The notes under the pieces are model-generated. The model saw only the letters and a list, made by a program, of their open reading frames with translations. It was not told the origin of the DNA and searched no databases. A DNA stretch of 50,951 nt from an uncultured Bacteroidales bacterium. Its GTDB lineage: Bacteria > Bacteroidota > Bacteroidia > Bacteroidales > UBA932. The stretch spans positions 1 through 50,951 of the forward strand of contig CAMZEI010000001.1 in the NCBI GenBank assembly GCA_947305815.1. The letters are read 5' to 3'. The stretch's first letter is position 1. Each line of letters starts with the position of its first letter. The position numbers and the translations under genes are program-made. Of this stretch, positions 1 through 8,731 are shown one piece after another.

Positions 1-66
1 TTCCAGGAAGGCGAAAAGGTCCAGATAGGACTGATACAGCCTGTCATACGGGCCGTAGGGTACGAG
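1..66 (-). pseudogene. Possible 5'-truncated fragment of a GyrI-like small-molecule-binding domain gene, running off the left edge
   Basis: Minus strand reads LVPYGPYDRLYQSYLDLFAFLE, resembling the GPY..L...Y..LF segment of GyrI-like/MerR effector domains. An in-frame TGA at 67-69 lies immediately upstream, so there is no start codon. Only 22 codons are visible. Confidence 0.35.
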
Positions 67-167
67 TCAAGAGAAAAATGAAAATAGTTACTTTAGCGCC
101 GGTACGTCGGGCTGGCTTTTGGCCGTGTCGCGGGAAATCGCTATCTTTACGGACAAATCAGACTGCC

Positions 168-1895
168 ATGAAACGACTTCTCATCCCCATCCTGGCCCTC
201 CTTCTGGCCATTCCCGCCACCGCACAGAAAATCCGCGTCGCCTGCATCGGCGACAGCATCACCTATGGCATGACCATCGCCGACCGGGAGCATGACAGCT
301 ATCCGGCCCAGCTGCAGGCGCTGCTGGGGGACGGATACGAGGTCGGGAACTTCGGGAAGTCGGGAGCGACCCTGCTGCGGCGGGGACATCGCCCCTATAT
401 GCAGCAGGCCGAGTATCAGCAGGCGCTAGCCTTCGCCGGGGACATCGTCGTGATCCACCTCGGCATCAACGACACCGACCCGCGCGACTGGCCGGTCTGC
501 GGGATCGACTTCGTGAAGGACTATCTGGCCCTCGTCGAAAGCCTGCGGGAGGCGAATCCTCAGGCGCAGTTCTTTATCGCCCGGATAACACCCATCGGAG
601 CATCTCACCACCGGCTGCTGACGGGCAACATCCCGTACCACCGCCAGATCCAGCACGCCATCGATACCGTCGCAAGGGAGTCCGGAGCCCGGCTCATCGA
701 CTTCTATGAGCCGCTGATCGCCCGGCCGGACCTGCTGCCCGACGCCGTCCACCCGAATGCCGAGGGCGCGGGAATCCTGGCCAGAACGGTCTACAGCGCC
801 ATCACAGGCGACTTCGGCGGCCTGCAGCTGTCTCCATATTACTCCGACAACATGGTCCTGCCGCGGGACAAGCGTTTCGCGATTGCCGGTACGGCCGATG
901 CCGGCGAAAAGGTCACTGTCCGGCTGGGCCGTAAGAAATATACCGCCACGGCCGGTGCCGACGGCCGCTGGTGCGTCCAGGCAGGCCCGTTCAAGGCCAC
1001 GGAAAGCACCACGCTCCACATCGGGACCCGCAGCCGCAAACTGAGCTTCCGGAACGTCGCCATCGGCGAACTCTGGCTGTGCTCCGGTCAGTCCAACATG
1101 GAGTTCGAACTCCGCCAGTGCAACGACCCGGAGGGCACGCCCGACCCGGGACTGCGCCTTTTCGACAGCAAGTGCCGCTGGCGCACGGACGCTGTCGCCT
1201 GGCCGGCGGAAGCCCTCGACGCCACCGACCGGCTGGCGCACTTCCAGGAGGCCTCGTGGAGCGCCGCAACAGCGGAGAATGAAGCCGTCTTCTCGGCCGT
1301 CGGCTACTGGTTCGGCAAGACGCTCCGCGACAGCCTCGGCGTTCCCGTCGGCCTGATCTGCAACGCTGTCGGCGGCTCCCCGGTGGAGGCCTGGATCGAC
1401 CGAACGACGTTGGAGGACGGTTTCCCGGAGATCCTGCCGAATTGGTGGCAGAACGAGCTCATCATGTCTTGGGTCCGTGAGCGCGCGGCGCAGAATCTCT
1501 CCGGCGCGAACCACCGCCACCCCTATCAGCCGGCCTACCTCTTCGACGCCGCGATCCGTCCGATGGACCATTTCCCCATCACCGGCGTCCTCTGGTACCA
1601 GGGCGAATCCAATGTCCATGACGTCGCGGCGTTCGAACGCCTTTTCCCGCTGCTCGTTGATTCCTGGCGCGGTTTCTTCGGGGATGTTCCGTTCTATTAC
1701 GCCCAGTTGTCCTATATGGAACGGCCTCTCTGGCCCGAATTCCGTGCGGCACAGGAGCGGCTTGTGACCTGCCGCCCCGGTCTCGGGATGGTCGTCACCT
1801 TCGACCTCGGAATGGCCTACGAAGTCCATTACCCCGACAAAAAGCCCGTAGGTGAGCGCTTTGCCCGCCTGGTGCTGGGCAGTAATACCAATTAA
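168..1895 (+). CDS. Secreted two-domain SGNH esterase (GDSL lipase/acylhydrolase plus sialate O-acetylesterase/SASA-like domain); probable carbohydrate acetyl esterase
   Basis: Signal peptide MKRLLIPILALLLAIPATAQ from ATG 168. N-domain has GDSIT, G-ND and DAVHP motifs. C-domain has CSGQSNM, WYQGESN and HYPDK motifs. Confidence 0.85.
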   Translation: MKRLLIPILALLLAIPATAQKIRVACIGDSITYGMTIADREHDSYPAQLQALLGDGYEVGNFGKSGATLLRRGHRPYMQQAEYQQALAFAGDIVVIHLGINDTDPRDWPVCGIDFVKDYLALVESLREANPQAQFFIARITPIGASHHRLLTGNIPYHRQIQHAIDTVARESGARLIDFYEPLIARPDLLPDAVHPNAEGAGILARTVYSAITGDFGGLQLSPYYSDNMVLPRDKRFAIAGTADAGEKVTVRLGRKKYTATAGADGRWCVQAGPFKATESTTLHIGTRSRKLSFRNVAIGELWLCSGQSNMEFELRQCNDPEGTPDPGLRLFDSKCRWRTDAVAWPAEALDATDRLAHFQEASWSAATAENEAVFSAVGYWFGKTLRDSLGVPVGLICNAVGGSPVEAWIDRTTLEDGFPEILPNWWQNELIMSWVRERAAQNLSGANHRHPYQPAYLFDAAIRPMDHFPITGVLWYQGESNVHDVAAFERLFPLLVDSWRGFFGDVPFYYAQLSYMERPLWPEFRAAQERLVTCRPGLGMVVTFDLGMAYEVHYPDKKPVGERFARLVLGSNTN

Positions 1896-1921
1896 TGAGG
1901 ATTGCCGGGGGAGCTTTTTGT

Positions 1922-1929
1922 TATCTTTG
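1922..1929 (+). promoter_or_regulatory. Bacteroidetes -7 promoter box TATCTTTG
   Basis: Exact TAnnTTTG consensus, ending 8 nt before ATG 1937. Confidence 0.65.
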
Positions 1930-1936
1930 TCCTGAA

Positions 1937-2572
1937 ATGAAAGTGGATTGTCATTGCCATATTCTACCCGGGATTGATGACGGGGCGCAGACGCTGGAGG
2001 AATCCGTATTCCTCGCGGGGAAACTTGCTGAATGGGGCTACCAGCGGGCAATCTGCACGTCACACAGTACTTTTCGCTACAGGAATACCCCGGCTACCGT
2101 CACGGCTGCCTGCGATACTCTCCGCGCCGTGCTTGAGCGCCGAGGGATCGCACTTGAGCTGGTCCCCTCGATGGAGTACCGCTTCATCCCGGAGACCTGG
2201 CCGGCAGTCCGCGAGAACGGCTGGCTGATGCCATGGGAGGGCAATCATATTCTGGTCGAACTGCCCATCCACGACCCTTCGAAGATTGGCGACATCGTAC
2301 CGCTCTCCGAGATGCGCTGGCTTATTAGTCAGGGATATCAGCCAGTCCTGGCGCATCCGGAGCGCTATCTCTATCTGAAGATGGACGATTATCAGGTCTT
2401 CAAGGATGCCGGCGTTGAGCTCCAGCGTAATCTCGGATCCCTGGAGGGGATGTACGGCCCGGAGGTCAGCGAGCGCGCAGCTGCCATTGATGCCGAAGGG
2501 ATGTACGAATGGGTAGGCAGCGACCTTCACCAGAAAGAGTACGCCGACTTCTTCGACGAGCACATCTTCTGA
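1937..2572 (+). CDS. PHP-family tyrosine-protein phosphatase (CpsB/CapC/YwqE-like)
   Basis: DCHCHILPGIDDGA, TSH, AHPERY and GSDLH motifs. Start placed at ATG 1937, after the promoter box. Confidence 0.88.
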   Translation: MKVDCHCHILPGIDDGAQTLEESVFLAGKLAEWGYQRAICTSHSTFRYRNTPATVTAACDTLRAVLERRGIALELVPSMEYRFIPETWPAVRENGWLMPWEGNHILVELPIHDPSKIGDIVPLSEMRWLISQGYQPVLAHPERYLYLKMDDYQVFKDAGVELQRNLGSLEGMYGPEVSERAAAIDAEGMYEWVGSDLHQKEYADFFDEHIF

Positions 2573-2583
2573 TACGCCGGGGA

Positions 2584-4260
2584 CTATACAGTCTTGCCCC
2601 CGCAGACACTCTGAACGACGTTGATTATGTAGTCACCTGTCATCTCGCATTCAGCGGCGAGGTCGTTCAGGACAGAGCCCAGTTCGTAGCTGTAGGCGTT
2701 CTTGTCGAGATTGGCCATATTCTGACGCTTGAGATTATCACGCTGGGCGTTGATGCGGCCTTCGATTTCGAGAGAGGGCGCAATGCTACGTGATTCCGGG
2801 GAGGAGTGGAAAGTGTCCATCATCTGTGCGAGAGCCTCATCCACAAGCGAGAACATCTGCAGGATGCCGTCATTGAGCGCATCCTCGAACCAGACCTTGT
2901 TCTCCCTCTTGCGGCGCATGATGCGGGCAAGGTTGAAACAGCTGTCGCCCACGGACTCCAGCTCTCCGATGACACGCATCATGGCGCGGATCTGGAGCTT
3001 GGTATCGTCGGACAGGTGAGCCGTACCCACGTCGCCGAGGTATTTGCCTATCTCGTTCTCCATGCGGTCGGAGACATCCTCGCCCTTCTGGATACGCTCG
3101 AACAGCTTGTCGAAGCTCTGGTCATCCTGAGTATTGTAGAGCTCGACCACGAGGCCGAACAGGCGCTGCATCTTCTCGCCGAACAGGTCAATCTCCTTCT
3201 GAGCCTGCAGGACGGAGATTTCCGGGGTCTTCATGAGACCGCCGCGTATGTACTGGAGGCGGAATTCGTCTTCCTGCTCCTCAATCTTAGGCTTGATAAT
3301 AAGGCACACCAGTTTCTCGATCTGCGGTATGAACCAGATGAGCACAGCCGTATTAATCACATTGAAGAAGGTATGGAAGGTCGCCAGGGCGAACGAGAGC
3401 TTGGTGGGGTCCTGCTCCCCTGCCGCAGGGTCGAGGTCCACTACACCGCAGACCATCCTCACGAAGGGGAAGAAGAAAATCAGCACCCACACGACGCCGA
3501 ACACATTGAACAGCAGGTGGGCCATAGCGGTACGGCGGGCCTGCGTATTGGCGCTGAGCGCGGCGAGGTTGGCGGTGACGGTGGTACCGATGTTCTCACC
3601 CATAACCAGAGCTATACCCTGATAGATGGAGATGGCACCTGTCGCGCAGAGGACCATCGTGATGGCCATGAGGGCAGCGGAACTCTGCACCATTGCAGTA
3701 AGTATCGTACCTATGAGAAGGAACAGCAGTATGGTGCCGTAGTTGGTCTTGAAACTTGCGAAGAAGCTGACCACTGCGGGACGGCTGGCGAGGTCCATTT
3801 CAACGCCGGTAGCCTTGAGCATGCCCAGAGCGAAAAGCAGGAAACTCAGACCGAAGAGGAAGTCGCCAAAATAGCGGTATTTGCCGGTCTGGATGAGGAC
3901 TATACCCACGAGGAAAACGGGCCAGACCACATTGGCTATATTGAATGAGAAGCCGGCCGACATTATCCAGGCGCTCATCGTGGTACCGATATTGGCACCC
4001 ATGATGACAGAGATTGCCTGACTGAGGGTGAGCAGCGCAGCATTGACGAACGAAACCGTCATGACGGTTGTTGCCGCGGAAGACTGTACCGCAACGGTGA
4101 CGAGGGCACCGGTTGCTACGCCGGAGAAGCGGTTGGTGGTCATTGCACCCAGCAGGCGCCTCAGCTGCGGGCCAGCCATCTTCTGCAGGGCCTCGCTCAT
4201 CAGCTTCATGCCGAATATCAGGAGGGCTATGGAGCCCAGGAGTTTCAACACTATCAGCAT
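2584..4260 (-). CDS. Na+/phosphate cotransporter family protein with C-terminal PhoU-like helical domain
   Basis: Two QSS repeats (VQSSAAT, VQSSAAL), GANIGTT/GENIGTT motifs, hydrophobic N-half and charged helical C-half. Start placed at ATG 4260. Confidence 0.9.
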   Translation of the reverse strand: MLIVLKLLGSIALLIFGMKLMSEALQKMAGPQLRRLLGAMTTNRFSGVATGALVTVAVQSSAATTVMTVSFVNAALLTLSQAISVIMGANIGTTMSAWIMSAGFSFNIANVVWPVFLVGIVLIQTGKYRYFGDFLFGLSFLLFALGMLKATGVEMDLASRPAVVSFFASFKTNYGTILLFLLIGTILTAMVQSSAALMAITMVLCATGAISIYQGIALVMGENIGTTVTANLAALSANTQARRTAMAHLLFNVFGVVWVLIFFFPFVRMVCGVVDLDPAAGEQDPTKLSFALATFHTFFNVINTAVLIWFIPQIEKLVCLIIKPKIEEQEDEFRLQYIRGGLMKTPEISVLQAQKEIDLFGEKMQRLFGLVVELYNTQDDQSFDKLFERIQKGEDVSDRMENEIGKYLGDVGTAHLSDDTKLQIRAMMRVIGELESVGDSCFNLARIMRRKRENKVWFEDALNDGILQMFSLVDEALAQMMDTFHSSPESRSIAPSLEIEGRINAQRDNLKRQNMANLDKNAYSYELGSVLNDLAAECEMTGDYIINVVQSVCGGKTV

Positions 4261-4280
4261 AATATCGACGAAAAAACGTA

Positions 4281-4288
4281 CAAATTTA
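4281..4288 (-). promoter_or_regulatory. Bacteroidetes -7 box TAAATTTG for the Na/Pi cotransporter (divergent promoter region)
   Basis: caaattta on + strand in the AT-rich 4261-4313 gap. Confidence 0.55.
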
Positions 4289-4313
4289 CACAAAATTGTC
4301 GTAATATTGTAGA

Positions 4314-4886
4314 ATGAAGTGCAAACGAATCTTTCTTTTGGCGGCAGTGCTCTGCCTCACCCTGACGGCACGTTCGCAGGAGACAACAGGCCCGAAGCAC
4401 CTGGTGCGCGTAGGCTGGGGCGACCCGCTTTTCGAGAAGCTGGCATTCACCCCCAGCCCGGCAGGTACGAGGTACGACTTCGGCTTCTCGGGGCATTTCT
4501 TCGCCGACTATCATTACGGTCTCAACAAATTCGTAAGCGTGGGCGGACAGGCCGATTACCAGAGCATCTGCTGGACTGATTCCCAGGACGGACGTGTGCG
4601 TAACCACGACCTGTGCATTATGCCGACGCTGCGTCTCACCTGGCTGCACAGCGAATGGGTGCGTCTCTATTCTGGACTCGGAGCAGGGATGCTCATAGCC
4701 TGGGACAATACGGGAGGTAGCGAGGCCGCGCCTGTATTCAACCTCAATTCAATAGGCTTACAGGTCGGCAAAGGCCCCTGGACGGGCTCCCTGGATCTCG
4801 GGTTTATGGCATCGATGCGAAACGCCAACCATATTTATTTCGCGGGCACGAGGTTGCTGTCCGTGAGTGTCAATTACTGCTGGTAG
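4314..4886 (+). CDS. Small outer-membrane beta-barrel-like protein
   Basis: Signal peptide, alternating aromatic/Gly beta-strand pattern, C-terminal VSVNYCW. Confidence 0.65.
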   Translation: MKCKRIFLLAAVLCLTLTARSQETTGPKHLVRVGWGDPLFEKLAFTPSPAGTRYDFGFSGHFFADYHYGLNKFVSVGGQADYQSICWTDSQDGRVRNHDLCIMPTLRLTWLHSEWVRLYSGLGAGMLIAWDNTGGSEAAPVFNLNSIGLQVGKGPWTGSLDLGFMASMRNANHIYFAGTRLLSVSVNYCW

Positions 4887-4889
4887 CCT

Positions 4890-6122
4890 ATGAAGAATTC
4901 ATTAGCAATAGCGGCACTCGCCGCACTGACACTGCTGGGTTGCAACCATCCTGAGGTTGAAATAGTGAATCTCGACGAATACGGAGGAGACTTCCGGGCA
5001 ATGTCAATTAAAGAATCCGACGTATTCCTGTCCGACGGCAGCCTCAATCCGGAAATCAGCATGATGGAGGAACCCGATGACGCCCCGGCAACCAAGGTCG
5101 CCTATACCGATGCCAACAGCATTGTGCGCAACATCCTTGGAGATGTTAAGTGCAACAGCCTCATACATATAGCAGGCACCTACACCGGACACGACATTGA
5201 CGGCAGTCCTCTTGTCCAATCCGGCAAGCTGCTCATCCCCAAGACCGGTCCTGTCAAGAACCTCATGATTGTAAGCCATTACACCATCGGCGCCAATTTC
5301 GAAGCCCCGTCGCAGACCTTCCCAATGGAGGGGATCTGGGCCTCGAAGGGCTATACCGTGGTGATTGCCGACTATATAGGCTACGGAGTTACGGCGCGAC
5401 GCATCCACCCCTACATGCACATCGAGAGCACTGCGCGTTCGGTCATGGATATGGCGCTGGCTGTAAAACCATATCTGGAGCACATCGGCCGTGCGCCGGA
5501 GAGCGATGAAGTCATCCTCGCAGGATACTCGCAGGGAGGAGCCACCTCAATTGCGGTGATGCAGTTGATAGAGGACGAGTACTCTGACGAACTGCCTATC
5601 AAAAAAATCTATGCCGGAGGAGGCCCGTACGACCTTGCCGCTACCTATGACACCTGTATCGAATGGGACGAGACCGGAATTCCATGTGCGATCCCAATGA
5701 TAGTCCAGGGCATCAACGAGGGTGACGACCTGGGGCTAAAGATGGAGGACTTCTTCGAGCCCGGACTGCTTGCCGGCTACAGCGAATGGATTAATTCCAA
5801 AAAATATACGGTCCAGGAAATCAACGCCAAGATTGGCGCGAACAAGCTCAGCGAGATAATGACGGAGGGTGGCCGGGACAAGAACAACCGGGAGACCGCC
5901 CGTCTGTACCAGAGCCTGCTCGCCAATTCGGTGCTCCGCTGCGTCCCGACGGCTCCAATGTACATGTTCCACAGCAACCAGGACAAGACTGTCCCCTTCA
6001 TCAACGCCCTCAAAGCGGAAGAACGGTTCAAAGGCCGCGAAGTGCATTATGATTTCGGAGAATACGGCAAGCACGGTATGGGAGCTGTGCACTTCATGGT
6101 TAAAGTGTATAAGGACCTATGA
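4890..6122 (+). CDS. Lipoprotein, alpha/beta hydrolase (secretory lipase-like)
   Basis: Lipobox LLGC, nucleophile elbow GYSQGG, DYIGYG, acid motif HSNQDKTVP and a C-terminal His. Confidence 0.8.
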   Translation: MKNSLAIAALAALTLLGCNHPEVEIVNLDEYGGDFRAMSIKESDVFLSDGSLNPEISMMEEPDDAPATKVAYTDANSIVRNILGDVKCNSLIHIAGTYTGHDIDGSPLVQSGKLLIPKTGPVKNLMIVSHYTIGANFEAPSQTFPMEGIWASKGYTVVIADYIGYGVTARRIHPYMHIESTARSVMDMALAVKPYLEHIGRAPESDEVILAGYSQGGATSIAVMQLIEDEYSDELPIKKIYAGGGPYDLAATYDTCIEWDETGIPCAIPMIVQGINEGDDLGLKMEDFFEPGLLAGYSEWINSKKYTVQEINAKIGANKLSEIMTEGGRDKNNRETARLYQSLLANSVLRCVPTAPMYMFHSNQDKTVPFINALKAEERFKGREVHYDFGEYGKHGMGAVHFMVKVYKDL

Positions 6123-6958
6123 GAAAGTTGACAGCAATAATTGCGGCCGCCCTTGCGATGGTCGCATGTTCCAAGGATATGTCTGAAGCCATCGGGTGCA
6201 AGCTGGACATACACGTGGACTGGGTGCGCGGCAGCAAGGCCCAGTTCACGATTACATCTTCTGACAAGAATGCCTGCTACGTCTATGGCAAAATTAACAG
6301 CACCCATCCATATTTTTCGCTCCCTGACGAAGATCTTGTCGAGTTCCAGCTGGGGTGGATGGAGAAGGAATACCAGAGCAGGCTCGCGGAAGGGTCGATA
6401 GCCAATTTCGCTGACCTGTTTGCAGTCAAGGGCACGCGTACGCTTAGGGAGACCCAGCTTGCAGATGATATGGACTGGGCGTTCATCGTATTCCAGATTA
6501 ATCCCGAAACCCACAAGCCGATCGGACCGCTGCACAAGGAGTATTTCCATACCCTCCCCATTCCGAAAGTGGACCTGAGCTTCACAATCGAGCATAGCGG
6601 AGATGCCATGCGGATTATTCCCTCCAATGACCGCGACACATGGTTCTGGGAATACGAATCATGGCAACGCATGGTAGGCATATATGGCTCACCATATTAC
6701 TTCTACTACACTCTTCTGGACATGTATGACCAGTATGGGTTCCTCTACAGTCAGCTATGCCACGGCGAGGAGGAGTGGGTGTTCTCCAGGGATGACCGTT
6801 CCATAAAGGAGGATGAGATGTACACGATGTGCATCTCCGGCTGCGCTGACGGTGAGATTACGACACAAGTTTTCTATCTGGATTTCACAATCCACGAAGG
6901 GGTCGTGTTGTTCGAGAATTCTTATTATCAGGATGTTGAGATTAGGGAGGGAAAGTAA
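6119..6958 (+). CDS. Hypothetical lipoprotein
   Basis: Lipobox MVAC. ATGA overlap with the upstream gene. 279 aa. Confidence 0.7.
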   Translation: MRKLTAIIAAALAMVACSKDMSEAIGCKLDIHVDWVRGSKAQFTITSSDKNACYVYGKINSTHPYFSLPDEDLVEFQLGWMEKEYQSRLAEGSIANFADLFAVKGTRTLRETQLADDMDWAFIVFQINPETHKPIGPLHKEYFHTLPIPKVDLSFTIEHSGDAMRIIPSNDRDTWFWEYESWQRMVGIYGSPYYFYYTLLDMYDQYGFLYSQLCHGEEEWVFSRDDRSIKEDEMYTMCISGCADGEITTQVFYLDFTIHEGVVLFENSYYQDVEIREGK

Positions 6959-6959
6959 T

Positions 6960-7637
6960 TTGACACTTTTGGAAGCAATTCGGGCAAGGCACTCTGTACG
7001 CAGGTACATTCAGCGCCCCATCGAGGTATCAAAACTTGACATACTCCGGGATGAGATAATAGCCCTCAACGCCACTTCGGGCCTGGATATCCAGCTGGTA
7101 ACGGATGAGCCTCGCGCCTTCGACGGCAGCACGGCATTCAGCTACGGCAAGTTCAGCGGCGTCGAGAACTATATCGTCATGGCCGGGCCACGGGATTCAC
7201 GGGCTGAGCTGCAGGTAGGGCTCTACGGCGAGCAACTGGTGCTCCTCGCCCAGACTCTCGGGCTGAACAGCTGCTGGGTGGGACTCACATACAAGAAGAT
7301 CCCGGGAGCTTTCAGGCTGCGCGAAGGAGATATCGTACACTGCGTAATTGCTCTTGGCTACGGCGAGACTCAGGGCGTGCAGCACAAGCTAAGGCCTTTG
7401 GAAAAGCTATACGAGGCCGATGTAGTGCCGCCGGACTGGTTCATATCCGCAATGGAAGCTGTTCAGCTCGCGCCCTCTGCTATCAATCAGCAGAAATATA
7501 TCTTCCTGCTGCACAGGGAGTCTCTGGTGGAAGCCCTCCCACGCTTCTCTCTCGTCGGTTACACCGAGATTGACATCGGAATCGCAATGTGCCACTTTGA
7601 AATCGGCGCCGGCGATGCCCACTATAAATGGGTGTAA
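6960..7637 (+). CDS. Nitroreductase family protein (TM1586-like)
   Basis: TTG start giving MTLLEAIRARHSVRRY, plus GLNSCW and LAPSAINQQ motifs. Confidence 0.85.
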   Translation: MTLLEAIRARHSVRRYIQRPIEVSKLDILRDEIIALNATSGLDIQLVTDEPRAFDGSTAFSYGKFSGVENYIVMAGPRDSRAELQVGLYGEQLVLLAQTLGLNSCWVGLTYKKIPGAFRLREGDIVHCVIALGYGETQGVQHKLRPLEKLYEADVVPPDWFISAMEAVQLAPSAINQQKYIFLLHRESLVEALPRFSLVGYTEIDIGIAMCHFEIGAGDAHYKWV

Positions 7638-7666
7638 AGTCATTTATAAATGGGTGTAAAGTCATT
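7623..7666 (+). repeat. Perfect 22-bp tandem duplication TATAAATGGGTGTAAAGTCATT
   Basis: Copies at 7623-7644 and 7645-7666. The unit covers the nitroreductase stop codon and the first 6 nt of the adjacent REP-like element. Confidence 0.9.
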
Positions 7667-7686
7667 CCGGGCTCGACCCGGAATCT
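7661..7686 (+). repeat. REP-like palindromic element, copy A
   Basis: GTCATTCCGGGCTCGACCCGGAATCT between convergent genes; matches copies at 27786, 29678 and 45843. Confidence 0.85.
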
Positions 7687-8719
7687 ATTTAGTCTTCTGA
7701 ATCCTTTTGCGGAAACGGTCACGAGCGAGTTGCTGCATGTCGCGCACTTCGTCGCGCTCGTTAACTATCTCGTCGCCGAGGATGGTCTCGATGACGTCTT
7801 CGAGAGTGAGGATTCCCTGGAAGGCACCATATTCGTCAATCACGACGCTGATGGGTTCATCCTTGGATAACATTTCGTCCCAGATCGTGTCCAGGGGCGT
7901 GTCGGTTGCAAATGAAGCGATATCGCGACGCAGGTCCTTCAAGGTATTGTCGAATTTGTCCTCTGCCATCATCTGCAGGGCTTCGATACGCAGGATATAG
8001 CCGGTGATGTATTCGTCATTGTCGGCGTACACGGGAATGCGGCTGTGGTGCATGAAGCGCTTGTCCTTGTAGAAACGCCCCAGGCTCATGCTCTCTGGGG
8101 CGATGGCGCAGACCACGCGCGGCGTCATTACGTCGCGGGCCGTGACTTCGTCAAGCGAAATGATGTTCTGGATGACTTCGTTTTCGTCCTCGTCAAGCTC
8201 GCCGGACTCTTCGGCTACATCGGCCAGGGCACCGACTTCCTCTTTCGAAACGGTAGCGTCACTATCTTCGGGAGTGATGCGCTTCTGGAGCCATACAACT
8301 GTCACCACTATGGGATAGAGACAGAATATCAGAACCCTGATTGCTGCTGACGCGAATCCCATGAGGCTCTTCCAGCGTGTCGAACCAATATTTTTAGGGA
8401 TAATTTCAGAGAAAACCAGAATCAGCACGGTCATCACCGCACTCACAAGTCCGAACCACTCCGAGCCGAAGACTATGCTGGCCTGACGGCCGACGCCGGC
8501 TGCACCGATGGTGTTGGCTATCGTGTTGAGTGAAAGGATGGCGGCAAGTGCCTTGGAAGGGTCTGTCTTGTAGCGTTTCATCAAGGCCGCCGGTTTGTAG
8601 CCTTCCTCTTCCCGCATCGTAATGTAGGAGATAGGGGTACTCATCAGCGTAGCCTCCAGCACGGAGCAGAGGAACGAGACGAGCATCGCGCCCAGCAAAA
8701 ACGTCAACATCAGACCCAT
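7685..8719 (-). CDS. CNNM/DUF21 + CBS domain membrane protein (hemolysin-family annotation; probable Mg/Co transport)
   Basis: SFLCSVLEA, LVFSEIIPK, DVMTPR, HSRIPVY and VIDEYG...TLEDVIETILG motifs. Confidence 0.9.
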   Translation of the reverse strand: MGLMLTFLLGAMLVSFLCSVLEATLMSTPISYITMREEEGYKPAALMKRYKTDPSKALAAILSLNTIANTIGAAGVGRQASIVFGSEWFGLVSAVMTVLILVFSEIIPKNIGSTRWKSLMGFASAAIRVLIFCLYPIVVTVVWLQKRITPEDSDATVSKEEVGALADVAEESGELDEDENEVIQNIISLDEVTARDVMTPRVVCAIAPESMSLGRFYKDKRFMHHSRIPVYADNDEYITGYILRIEALQMMAEDKFDNTLKDLRRDIASFATDTPLDTIWDEMLSKDEPISVVIDEYGAFQGILTLEDVIETILGDEIVNERDEVRDMQQLARDRFRKRIQKTK

Positions 8720-8731
8720 AGCGGAACAAGA

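Noticed and set aside
1..81. 3' end of a plus-strand gene (FQEGEKVQ...REK*)
   Set aside because: Frame is open but has no recognisable motif; the minus-strand reading looks more protein-like. Cannot be settled without upstream sequence.
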